Notes: a model not told the origin generated them from the letters alone. A stretch of DNA of 32,074 nt from an uncultured archaeon (GCA_964456345.1 CAYVZO010000002.1:1-32074), one strand, 5' to 3'. Positions 23,311-31,272 are shown, counted from the stretch's first letter. Program-made: numbers and translations.

Positions 23311-25356
23311 ATGCCTCTGGAAAGAAGGAAGAAAGCGCTGGAGATACCGAGCTCCCGCGAGAGGTTGGTCAGGGAGAATCTCAGGGAGCTCAAGAAGCTT
23401 GAATCGCGCGAGTACAAAATATACAAGGAAGAAGAAAAGCTGGCAACGCTGCCGCGTACTCTCTACGAGAAGGCGTGCAGGATCTCGTACAGAATAATAA
23501 AAGTCACGCCTGACAAGAAGACAGGCAAGATGCTGAAGGACGCGATAGAATTCTCACATCTCAGGGTTACGCCTAGCCAGGTTGCTTCTTTCACCATAGT
23601 ATTCGCGATGCTTGTCTGCTTCCCGACACTTATACTGACGGCAACAAGGATTTTCCTTGCCTCGCCTGACCCTGTTACAGGAGATATAGTGCCCGGCTTC
23701 GGCCTGGATGCCGGCTACAGCATGCTCATATTCGTTCTTGCGATCCCGTTCACTTACTACATATACGTCTATCCTGTGCACACGAAGAAGAAGTACGAGA
23801 TGGACGCAGGCTCGGAAATCGTAACCATGATAATGTACATGGCAATGTACATGAGGAATACACCCAACCTAGAGGGCGCACTTAGGTTCGCTTCAGAGAA
23901 CATTTCAGGCCCGCTTGGTTTCGAGCTCAGGAAACTCCTCTGGGATGTCGAAATCGGTAACTATCTTACGGTAAACGAGGCCCTTCTTGCTTACACGAAG
24001 AAATGGTCGCGAAACAGGGAATTCATCGAGGCGGTTGAGATAATAATAACCTCGCTCAATCAGAGCGGTGAAAGAAGGGTTACGATGCTTAACGAAGCAA
24101 TAAACATCATACTCAGGGGCAACATGGAGAATGCGAAGCACTTCAACCAGAGCCTCAGAACGCCTGTTACTGTCGTGCACGCCATGGGCATAGTGCTCCC
24201 TGTACTCGGCCTTGTGCTGTTTCCCATAGTAGCGTTCTTCCTCAACGTAGACATAATGGCGCTCTTCATAGGATATGACATATTGCTTCCTGTGTTCCTT
24301 TTCTTCATAATAAAGAACATACTGGAGAAAAGGCCCGCCACCTTTTCCAAGATAGACATATCTGACAATCCCAACATACCCAAGGAAGGAAGATTCAGAT
24401 TCAGGAAGAGGGACATAAAAGCATGGCCGATTGGAATCCTCTCAAGCATTGCAGTGTTTTCAATCGCTTTTCTGATATACATGGCAGAGGGCCAGAACGG
24501 GGTACTCTCGCCTGTGCTCTTTGTATTCTCCGTTGCGATAGGGCTTTCAACCTACTTCATTCTGGTCTCTTCACCTTTCCTAAAGGTAAGGTCAACTACA
24601 AGGGACATTGAGAGCGAGTTTGCAGAAGCGCTGTTCCAGATGGGAGAGCAGATATCCAGCGGTGTGCCCATAGAACTCTCCATGGAACATTCAGTAAGGA
24701 GAATAGGAAACCTCAAGATAAAGGAATTCTTCCAGAAAGCGCTGAATAATATAAGCCAGCTCGGATTGACATTCGAGCAGGCGTTCTTTGACAAGAAATA
24801 CGGGGCAGTGAACCTCTATCCATCAAGGCTTATAAAGTCTGTTATGCGTGCTGTCTCGGAGTCCTCGCGCAGGGGAGTGAAAACAGCCTCTATGGCCATG
24901 CTTACCATATCCAGATACCTGAAAGGGATTCACCGCACGCAGGAAGATGTCAAGGACGAGCTCAGCGAAACGCTGAGCTCGCTGAGGTTCCAGGCGTTCT
25001 TTCTCTCACCGATGATATCAGGCGTCGTCGTCACGCTTGGTATAGTAATACTCACCATACTTGAAGGCCTGGGCGCATCAACTGCAGGGTTCTCTTTCAT
25101 GGAGCTGCCGCTTCTGCTGAATGAAATAAATGTCACCTCTTTCCAGTTCGTCTTCGTGGTTGCTGTATATCTGTTCGAGACCTGCTTGATACTCTCTTTG
25201 TTTATAAACGGCATAGACAACGGAGAGGACCCGATAGAACTTAAAAGTTTGGCTGGATATTCACTGGTAATAGGATTTGTAGTCTTTATGACAACGCTGT
25301 TCATAACGTTCATGATATTCATGCCTTTGCTGACGCCGTTGTTGGGACTCGTATAA
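23311..25356 (+). CDS. Polytopic platform protein of the PilC/FlaJ/TadC (T2SS-F) type
   Basis: 681 aa, directly downstream of the ATPase. Alternating soluble helical segments and TM clusters (at least 8 helices by eye), the usual archaeal FlaJ/PilC architecture. Assignment rests on architecture and synteny rather than on a strict motif. Confidence 0.7.
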   Translation: MPLERRKKALEIPSSRERLVRENLRELKKLESREYKIYKEEEKLATLPRTLYEKACRISYRIIKVTPDKKTGKMLKDAIEFSHLRVTPSQVASFTIVFAMLVCFPTLILTATRIFLASPDPVTGDIVPGFGLDAGYSMLIFVLAIPFTYYIYVYPVHTKKKYEMDAGSEIVTMIMYMAMYMRNTPNLEGALRFASENISGPLGFELRKLLWDVEIGNYLTVNEALLAYTKKWSRNREFIEAVEIIITSLNQSGERRVTMLNEAINIILRGNMENAKHFNQSLRTPVTVVHAMGIVLPVLGLVLFPIVAFFLNVDIMALFIGYDILLPVFLFFIIKNILEKRPATFSKIDISDNPNIPKEGRFRFRKRDIKAWPIGILSSIAVFSIAFLIYMAEGQNGVLSPVLFVFSVAIGLSTYFILVSSPFLKVRSTTRDIESEFAEALFQMGEQISSGVPIELSMEHSVRRIGNLKIKEFFQKALNNISQLGLTFEQAFFDKKYGAVNLYPSRLIKSVMRAVSESSRRGVKTASMAMLTISRYLKGIHRTQEDVKDELSETLSSLRFQAFFLSPMISGVVVTLGIVILTILEGLGASTAGFSFMELPLLLNEINVTSFQFVFVVAVYLFETCLILSLFINGIDNGEDPIELKSLAGYSLVIGFVVFMTTLFITFMIFMPLLTPLLGLV

Positions 25357-25423
25357 GTGGTGTTTATGAGATGCCATTACGAAACAGAATTAACGCTATA
25401 GTATCAACTTGGGTGCTTTGAGA

Positions 25424-26566
25424 ATGAAAATAGCCATGTTCACGGATACTTACGACCCCCAGGTAAACGGCGTTGTGAAATCCATAAAGGAATCCTCGAA
25501 TGAGCTGAGGAAATGCCATCACAAGGTATACATCTTCTCGCCTGAGTCGCCGCAATTCATAGCAATAAGCAGGTTCGTAAAATCCATGAAATCGGTGCCT
25601 TTCATAAAATATCCGGGCTACAGGATAGCGATACCGTATTCCGTGTTCATAGATCCTGTGTTCAGAAAGACGAAATTCGATGTGGTGCACGTGCACACGC
25701 CTTTCTCGCTCGGCGTTGCAGGGATGGTACTTGCGAAATACCACAAGATACCGCTTGTGGGTACTTTCCATACACTCCTGCCTGAGTACGTACACTATTA
25801 CATAGAGCGCCTGCGAAGGTTCGGCTATGCACGTCATCTCACAGGCAAGGCGATGTGGAAATACTGCTCATGGTTCTACAACAGGTGCGACTGTATAATA
25901 GCGCCTTCAGAGGAGATAAAGGAACTGTTGAAAAAGAAGGGCTTCAAAAAGGAGATAAAAGTCGTGCCCACAGGAGTGAGGATAAAAAGGGCTGACGAAA
26001 CGAAGGCAGCACTGAAAAAGAAGTATGGCTTCAACAGCAACAAGGTAATACTCCATATAGGCAGGATAACAAAGGAGAAGAACATCATGATAATACTGGA
26101 TGCTCTCAAGAAGCTTCTCAAAAAGGACAAGAAAATAAAGTTCGTGATTGCGTCGGACGGTCCCCACAGGGCTGAGCTGGAGAACTACACGGAAAGGCTG
26201 GGGCTGAAGGAAAACGTGGTCTTCACCGGCTATATATCGCCGAAAAGGCTTTATGAACTCTACCGAATGTCAGACGTATTTGTAATGGCTTCAAAGACAG
26301 AGACCCAGGGCCTTGTACTTATGGAAGCAGTAACCAACTACGTGCCGATAGTTGTGATGAACTATCCTGTCATATCCGACTTCGTGAAAAAGAATGGCGT
26401 GGGATTCGTTGCAAACAAGAACAACTTCTCCGAGATGGTTGGCAAAGCCCTGCACAACAGGAAAGCCAGAAAGAACTTCATGAACAACGGGAAGAAACTG
26501 CTGCATGAATACAGCATAAATGCGTGCGCGAAGAAACTCGCAAAGATATACTCCGAATTGTATTAA
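25424..26566 (+). CDS. Glycosyltransferase family 4 (GT-B, group 1)
   Basis: About 380 aa from the ATG at 25424 (MKIAMFTDTYDPQVNGV). C-terminal GRITKEKN...SKTETQGLVLMEA, an E-x7-E-type motif. Confidence 0.85.
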   Translation: MKIAMFTDTYDPQVNGVVKSIKESSNELRKCHHKVYIFSPESPQFIAISRFVKSMKSVPFIKYPGYRIAIPYSVFIDPVFRKTKFDVVHVHTPFSLGVAGMVLAKYHKIPLVGTFHTLLPEYVHYYIERLRRFGYARHLTGKAMWKYCSWFYNRCDCIIAPSEEIKELLKKKGFKKEIKVVPTGVRIKRADETKAALKKKYGFNSNKVILHIGRITKEKNIMIILDALKKLLKKDKKIKFVIASDGPHRAELENYTERLGLKENVVFTGYISPKRLYELYRMSDVFVMASKTETQGLVLMEAVTNYVPIVVMNYPVISDFVKKNGVGFVANKNNFSEMVGKALHNRKARKNFMNNGKKLLHEYSINACAKKLAKIYSELY

Positions 26567-27249
26567 CCCCAGTACTCAGGCAACGATTTGCGGTTTAGGA
26601 AATAAGTGAGCGTTGCCTTAAGGTTCAATTTCAGGAATTTAAGCATGCCTCTCCGCATCCGCCTCGATGAAACGAATATTCCTATGTCGTCCATGAAAAA
26701 AAAGCGGCCGTACAAAGAGATTCTTCTTGCCATATCGTGGTCCTCGTTGGTAAGGAGGTTTGAGTCGAAACCGCCAGCCTTTCTGAAAGTCGCAGCATCG
26801 AAGGCAAAGCAACAGCCGTTGGTAATTATGAACCCTGCCCTTGTGGCGTATTTCACGAGAAGGTTCCAGAACCACACGAGACTGGTATCGGTTTTTTGCT
26901 TGAAAATGCAGCCGACTATTGGCTCTTTGAAATTACCCTTTAATCTCTTAAGAAAATCCCCTGGAACGACGACATCGGAATCAATGAACACCAATATATT
27001 TCCGCGGGCTTTTTTTGCACCCGTGTTCCTCGCCACTCCGGGCCCTCTCCTCTTTTCGAACAAGACCTTCGCGTATTTTCTTGCTATCCTTACTGTGTTG
27101 TCTTGGCTGTGGCTGTCAACCACGATTATTTCGTAACGGCCTTTCTGCTTCCTTATAGATTCAAGGCAATCCCCTATGTATTGTTCCTCGTTCTTCGTGG
27201 GAATTATGAAAGTGAAGTCTACTTCCGGCATAGGATTCCCATTTCCCAT
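26563..27249 (-). CDS. Glycosyltransferase family 2 (GT-A), soluble short form
   Basis: 228 aa. FTFIIPTKNEEQYIGDCLESI, IIVVDSHSQDNT, and a DxD-like FIDSDV. Confidence 0.85.
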   Translation of the reverse strand: MGNGNPMPEVDFTFIIPTKNEEQYIGDCLESIRKQKGRYEIIVVDSHSQDNTVRIARKYAKVLFEKRRGPGVARNTGAKKARGNILVFIDSDVVVPGDFLKRLKGNFKEPIVGCIFKQKTDTSLVWFWNLLVKYATRAGFIITNGCCFAFDAATFRKAGGFDSNLLTNEDHDMARRISLYGRFFFMDDIGIFVSSRRMRRGMLKFLKLNLKATLTYFLNRKSLPEYWG

Positions 27250-27830
27250 ATGTTCTCGCTGCTTGCAACAGGTTTCATGCCTAAAGATACTACCATATCA
27301 AATACCGTCTCTCTCTTCAGCGGTTTTTCATAGCCGACAAATTCCTCGAACTTGTCGCCTAAAAACGCCCGGAACGTCTTGTACCGCACAGTGGGATGGG
27401 GGAAAAACAAAATAAGGTGGCCGCCCTTCTTCACAGCATCTACGTGGACTTTTATCAGGTTCACCTGGTCTTTACCCTTGAAATGCTCTATAAGCCCGTC
27501 GCTGAACACCAGGTCGAACTTGTTCCTGTATTTGAGTGACAGGGCACTTCCTATTCTGTAGTCGATGCTGGGATGGTTGTTCGTATCAAGAAATACCTGT
27601 CTTGCCTCAAGTGAGTTGTCCACAAGCACCGCCGATCCGCCGTATATATCGAGTATTCGTTTTGTCAATAAGCCGGAGCCTGCGCCTATCTCCAGTATCC
27701 TTGGGTTTTTTATACGCCCTATATTGCTCTGCCTCAGCAGTTTCTTGTAGCTTCTGAACGAAACAGACCAGAACAGGTCCATCAAAAATTTGTTCTTGCC
27801 GTAAACGCTCCAGTACTTGTCCCACGCCAT
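27219..27830 (-). CDS. Class I SAM-dependent methyltransferase
   Basis: ILEIGAGSGLL (motif I) and VLVDNS (motif II). I place the start at Met60 of the 262-aa track ORF (MAWDKYW..., CAT at 27828-27830), because upstream sequence is occupied by a tRNA gene. Met46 and Met55 are also possible starts. Confidence 0.75.
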   Translation of the reverse strand: MAWDKYWSVYGKNKFLMDLFWSVSFRSYKKLLRQSNIGRIKNPRILEIGAGSGLLTKRILDIYGGSAVLVDNSLEARQVFLDTNNHPSIDYRIGSALSLKYRNKFDLVFSDGLIEHFKGKDQVNLIKVHVDAVKKGGHLILFFPHPTVRYKTFRAFLGDKFEEFVGYEKPLKRETVFDMVVSLGMKPVASSENIWEMGILCRK

Positions 27831-27871
27831 CAAACCACTACCCATACTATATACGCAACACAATAAAAGCA

Positions 27872-28021
27872 TGCCCCTGCCGAGAGATTCGTGTCCTTTC
27901 TTCCGTGGGCATTTCGAACTCGGATTATCAGGTCCGCAACCTGACGTCCTTTCCGGCATCCTTTTAGCTTTTTTTGTAATCGCTTTTTCCAAAAGGGCTG
28001 AATCCATTAGACTACAGGGGC
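27872..28021 (-). tRNA. tRNA-Arg (anticodon GCG) interrupted by two non-canonical introns (D-loop about 51 nt; T-loop 27 nt)
   Basis: Minus-strand read: GCCCCTG-TA-GTCT-AATGGAT[...intron...]A-GGAC-G-TCAGG-TTGCGGA-CCTGA-TAAT-CCGAG-TTCGAA[27 nt]T-CTCGG-CAGGGGC-A. The 7-bp acceptor stem pairs perfectly across 140 nt. D stem is GTCT/GGAC. Conserved positions present: G18G19, U33, G37, G53-C61, T-loop TTCGAAT. TATA-like CTTTTTAAAT spans -26 to -35, and CTTTTATT follows the discriminator. Exact splice junctions are not resolved. Confidence 0.8.
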
Positions 28022-28046
28022 TTTTTTATATCTAGCAGTTATAGAG

Positions 28047-28056
28047 ATTTAAAAAG
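28047..28056 (-). promoter_or_regulatory. TATA-like box (CTTTTTAAAT on the minus strand) for the tRNA gene
   Basis: 25 nt separate it from tRNA position +1 (28021). It resembles the AATCTTTAAAT core of modules A and B. Confidence 0.4.
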
Positions 28057-28086
28057 ATTATCGTACCAATAAATAAGGAGATTGCC

Positions 28087-28248
28087 ATGGCTTTAAAATG
28101 TGTATCTTGTCATATAAATCTTGCTTCAGAAGATAATTTTAGCAAGTTCAAGTGCCCTGCATGCGGAGAAGGGGACATCGTAAGATGCGAGGAATGCAGG
28201 AGGAAGTCCACACCCTATGAATGCGGGTGCGGTTTTGAAGGGCCTTAG
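28087..28248 (+). CDS. Zn-ribbon protein (COG2888-type, conserved partner of aEF-1beta)
   Basis: 53 aa, MALKCVSCHINL...FKCPACGEGDIVRCEECRRKSTPYECGCGFEGP, with four CxxC-type knuckles. SD AAGGAG lies 6 nt upstream. Located immediately before aEF-1beta, as in many archaea. Below the ORF-track cutoff. Confidence 0.8.
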   Translation: MALKCVSCHINLASEDNFSKFKCPACGEGDIVRCEECRRKSTPYECGCGFEGP

Positions 28249-28256
28249 GCGATTCT

Positions 28257-28526
28257 ATGGGTATGGTTGCTGTCACGTTTAAAGTCATGCCTGGTTCTGC
28301 TGATGCGGACCTTGATGCCATTAAGAAACAGGTCAAGGAAAACCTGTCACGGATAAAGAATATCAAGCTGGAACAGGTAGAGGAGAAGCCTGTTGCGTTC
28401 GGCCTAAAGTGCCTGGAAGTCCTTGTTACTATGCCTGATACCGGTGGCACGGACAAAATAGAGGAAGAGATAGCCAACGTGCCTGGCATCGAGTCTGTAA
28501 ATACCGAAGACGTGACATTAATATGA
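28257..28526 (+). CDS. ef1b: Translation elongation factor aEF-1 beta
   Basis: 89 aa. MGMVAVTFKVMP...VEEKPVAFGLKCLEVLVTMPD..GGTD.IEE.I..V.GIESV is characteristic in both length and sequence. Confidence 0.9.
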   Translation: MGMVAVTFKVMPGSADADLDAIKKQVKENLSRIKNIKLEQVEEKPVAFGLKCLEVLVTMPDTGGTDKIEEEIANVPGIESVNTEDVTLI

Positions 28527-29239
28527 AAAAGGCTCTGATGGCGATCTACTCATCAGCTCCTGTCTGGATATCCCTTCTCGTCGGTTTCCTATTCCACTTC
28601 AGTTTGTTTGACACCCTAATCCTTGCAATCATGTCTGAGGCAGCCATAATATTCATGATTTTCCTGTCAGGCAGGCTCAACTTCGAGCTCTTCAGAAAAA
28701 TCACGCATATTGTAGGGATATTGTTCATCATATACATGGTATATGCGAATGCCGACAGGAACCTTTTGTTGTTGGTCATAGGAATAGCTGCTGCTCTCTC
28801 GTTGCCTGTATACATTTGCCCGATACGGTTCCCTGACACAATAAAAAACCTGGCTGTAAAATCCGTGAGAAGCGGCGAACGTTCTATACGCTGCGTTACT
28901 CATTTCCTTGTTGCTGCATTCATCATGCTCCTGTTCCTCCCCTACAGCTTCGTAATACTCGGTTTTCTGATAGCGTTGATAGGAGACCCTGTTGCGTTCA
29001 TAGTAGGAACCAGGTATGGAAAAAGGAAGATAGTTGGTGAGAAGACTCTAGAAGGCTCCCTTGCATTCTTTATCTGTGTCCTGTTTGCGATGTTACTTTT
29101 GGGTATCAACTTTGCAACAGCGGTTGTATTAGCATTCACAGGAGCAGTAGTCGAGCACGTAACCGTGAAGTATCTGGATGACAATGCAACAGTGCCAATC
29201 GTAACATCCTTTGTATATTATTTGGTTTTTCTGGTGTAG
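28523..29239 (+). CDS. Polyprenol/dolichol kinase - cytidylyltransferase family membrane protein (COG0170-like)
   Basis: 238 aa, about 7 TM. GDPVAFIVGTRYGKRKIVGEKTLEGSLAFFI matches the CTP-transferase-1 / Sec59-type signature. Its ATG overlaps the aEF-1beta stop (ATGA). Confidence 0.7.
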   Translation: MKKALMAIYSSAPVWISLLVGFLFHFSLFDTLILAIMSEAAIIFMIFLSGRLNFELFRKITHIVGILFIIYMVYANADRNLLLLVIGIAAALSLPVYICPIRFPDTIKNLAVKSVRSGERSIRCVTHFLVAAFIMLLFLPYSFVILGFLIALIGDPVAFIVGTRYGKRKIVGEKTLEGSLAFFICVLFAMLLLGINFATAVVLAFTGAVVEHVTVKYLDDNATVPIVTSFVYYLVFLV

Positions 29240-30744
29240 AAGTCGTCACTCAGCTTTCTTCCTGTCTGCTTTTCCCATTCCTTTATACTTATCCCGAACT
29301 TCTTCTGCGACTTGTCCCTGTACCACTCAGGAACTACATTGAAAGCGCAGAACGGGATAATCCTGCCTTCAGGCATTGCGTAGTGTATGCAGCAGCGATT
29401 GACCCGCTCTATATCGTAATTATAAAGGTCCTGGAAATGCATCATTCCTATGAACAATGATTTTCTATGGAACTCTCCAAGAGCTTCATAGTTGTGTTTT
29501 ACCAGTGCATTATATAATAGCTTTGCAAGGCTGAACTCTTTCGGCTGCTTCTCCTTGTCTATGAAGCTCCCTATTTTGTATAGCAATTTCAAACCGGCAA
29601 CATGCTTGCTCTTGCCTGATTTTATATCCCCTGCCTTCTCGTCAAGGTATTCGAGCAAGCCATCTATGTTGACAAACCTTGTTATAGGGAGCAGTTTTCC
29701 ATCCTCCTTGAATACGTATGTTCCCATGCCGCAGGCGAAGTGCGTTGAGAGCTTGTACTGCGGCTTCTTCGTGAATGCCTCGACAAAATTGCTGAATGGC
29801 ATGGACGCAGGCACAGGATAGAAGTCGTCCTTTGTTATCTGACCATCTGTCTGCTCCTCTATCTTCTGTATGGTGTCAGGTATTGTTATCCTGTATTTCT
29901 CCCTTTCAGTGCGGGGCATTCTTCCCACAAGGGAGACGGGCTGGTAATTAACAGACTTCACTATATCCATGTTATCCGATGCATATTTGATTATAGCGCC
30001 TATCTCATTATCATTGACTGATTTTATTACCGTAGGCACCAGAACGACTCCGATGCCTGCTTTCCTGCAGTTCTCAAGAACGCCAGGCACCTCCCAGTGG
30101 TTCTTCGGGTTCGTCTTCGCGCTGACACCATCAAAGCTAAGGTACAAAGTATTGACGCCTGCTTCGCGGAGCTTCTTCGTGAGCTCTAGATTCCTGGAAA
30201 TATTTATTCCGTTCGTATTCAACTGTACGTGGTCCATTCCCTCCTCTTTGGCTATCTTTATTATTTCAATAAGGTCCTTCCTCATGGTAGGCTCCCCGCC
30301 GGTAATCTGCAGTGCGTTGCACGGGACAGGTTTCTCGTTTCTGAGGGTTTTTATCATATCCCTTATCTGTCTCAGTGTTGGTTCGTAGACATAGCCCTGT
30401 TTCTGCGCGTAATAAAAGCAGTACCAGCACCTCAAATCACATCTATTCGTGACAGCAATGTTTGCAAGCGCGGTATGGCTCTTATGCAGTTTGCACAGAC
30501 CGCAGTCCCTGGGGCAGTCAGGCTTTTCCTTAGCCACGTTCGGGTTTTCTACTCCTACTCCGTCGTTTGCGTATTTTTTTGCCCGCATGTACATATCATA
30601 AGAGCCCCAGTAGAGGTCCTTGAAAACGCCGTGTTTCTCGCACTTTTTTGAAATCCAGACCTTGCCGCCTTCCTCGTACACGTCGGCTGATATTTTCTTC
30701 AGGCACTCCGGGCACAACGAAAGGGTTTTTTTTATAGGCTTCAT
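29218..30744 (-). CDS. Radical SAM enzyme, COG1964 / tetraether lipid synthase (Tes, GDGT-MAS)-like
   Basis: 508 aa. N-terminal rubredoxin-like knuckles CPEC...CEKHG, then CPRDCGLC followed by CDLRCWYC (two CX3CX2C motifs), and ITGGEPT. Size and N-terminal architecture fit my recollection of the MJ0619/Tes family. The radical SAM assignment is firm; the Tes assignment is tentative. Confidence 0.6.
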   Translation of the reverse strand: MKPIKKTLSLCPECLKKISADVYEEGGKVWISKKCEKHGVFKDLYWGSYDMYMRAKKYANDGVGVENPNVAKEKPDCPRDCGLCKLHKSHTALANIAVTNRCDLRCWYCFYYAQKQGYVYEPTLRQIRDMIKTLRNEKPVPCNALQITGGEPTMRKDLIEIIKIAKEEGMDHVQLNTNGINISRNLELTKKLREAGVNTLYLSFDGVSAKTNPKNHWEVPGVLENCRKAGIGVVLVPTVIKSVNDNEIGAIIKYASDNMDIVKSVNYQPVSLVGRMPRTEREKYRITIPDTIQKIEEQTDGQITKDDFYPVPASMPFSNFVEAFTKKPQYKLSTHFACGMGTYVFKEDGKLLPITRFVNIDGLLEYLDEKAGDIKSGKSKHVAGLKLLYKIGSFIDKEKQPKEFSLAKLLYNALVKHNYEALGEFHRKSLFIGMMHFQDLYNYDIERVNRCCIHYAMPEGRIIPFCAFNVVPEWYRDKSQKKFGISIKEWEKQTGRKLSDDFYTRKTK

Positions 30745-30782
30745 ATTATCTACCTAATTGATGGACTTCAGGCTCCAGCTTA

Positions 30783-30806
30783 AACTTTTACTAATTATTA
30801 AAAGTT
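30783..30806. promoter_or_regulatory. Inverted repeat AACTTTTA-N8-TAAAAGTT in a divergent promoter region (operator candidate)
   Basis: Perfect 8-nt arms read directly. Lies between the radical SAM gene start (30744) and the wHTH regulator start (30841). Confidence 0.45.
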
Positions 30807-30840
30807 CTAAATTTTTAAAGTTATCCCTTCAATTATAGTC

Positions 30841-31272
30841 ATGGGCATGGACAAGATATACTCGACGTTCGCGGCAACAGCAAGCTCCATAGGCTACAGC
30901 GAGGTCCATGGAAAAATAATCGCTGCGCTGCTCATAAGCAACAAACCGCTTTCGCTGCAGAATCTCAGCAAGAAGACAGGTTACTCGCTCGCCTCCATAT
31001 CGCTTTCCTTGGACCTTCTGGAACTCGTAGGGATAATACGGAAATTCCGGAAAAACAGGAAATTGTACGTGAACATGGAAGGCGATATCCTGGAAGGGCT
31101 CAGGAACGCGCTGCTTTTCAAGATACAGAAAAACATAATCACGACGACAGCTGAATTCGAAAAGTACAAGAACCAGGAGTCCGAAAAGGCGATAAAGATT
31201 CTTGAGAAGCAGATAAAGCGCCTCGAGAAATACGTGAACGAGCTTGCAAAGATCGAAATACCGAAGGAATAG
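30841..31272 (+). CDS. Winged-helix transcriptional regulator (MarR/GbsR, COG1510-like)
   Basis: 143 aa. GYSEVHGKIIAALLISNKPLSLQNLSKKTGYSLASISLSLDLLELVGIIRK (HTH plus wing), then a coiled-coil tail. Confidence 0.75.
   Translation: MGMDKIYSTFAATASSIGYSEVHGKIIAALLISNKPLSLQNLSKKTGYSLASISLSLDLLELVGIIRKFRKNRKLYVNMEGDILEGLRNALLFKIQKNIITTTAEFEKYKNQESEKAIKILEKQIKRLEKYVNELAKIEIPKE

Noticed and set aside
21036-25356. Interpretation of the ATPase/platform pair as an archaellum (fla/arl) operon
   Set aside because: No archaellin (FlaB), FlaH/ArlH (KaiC-like), FlaF/G or FlaC/D/E homologues are recognisable in the flanks. The ATPase is also about 200 aa longer than typical FlaI.
2683-25423. Non-ATG starts used by the ORF track (TTG 2683, TTG 15742, GTG 16284, GTG 18315, GTG 19330, TTG 25409)
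   Set aside because: In each case an in-frame ATG 6-30 nt downstream gives a better SD spacing and/or a better N-terminal alignment with paralogues or known families. The upstream codons are kept as alternatives only.
27831-28007. N-terminal 59 residues of the 262-aa ORF-track protein (MDSALLEKAITKKAKRMPERTSGCGPDNPSSKCPRKKGHESLGRG...)
   Set aside because: This stretch has no methyltransferase-like sequence and is low-complexity/basic. It coincides almost exactly with the intron-containing tRNA-Arg gene on the same strand. The methyltransferase fold begins after Met60.
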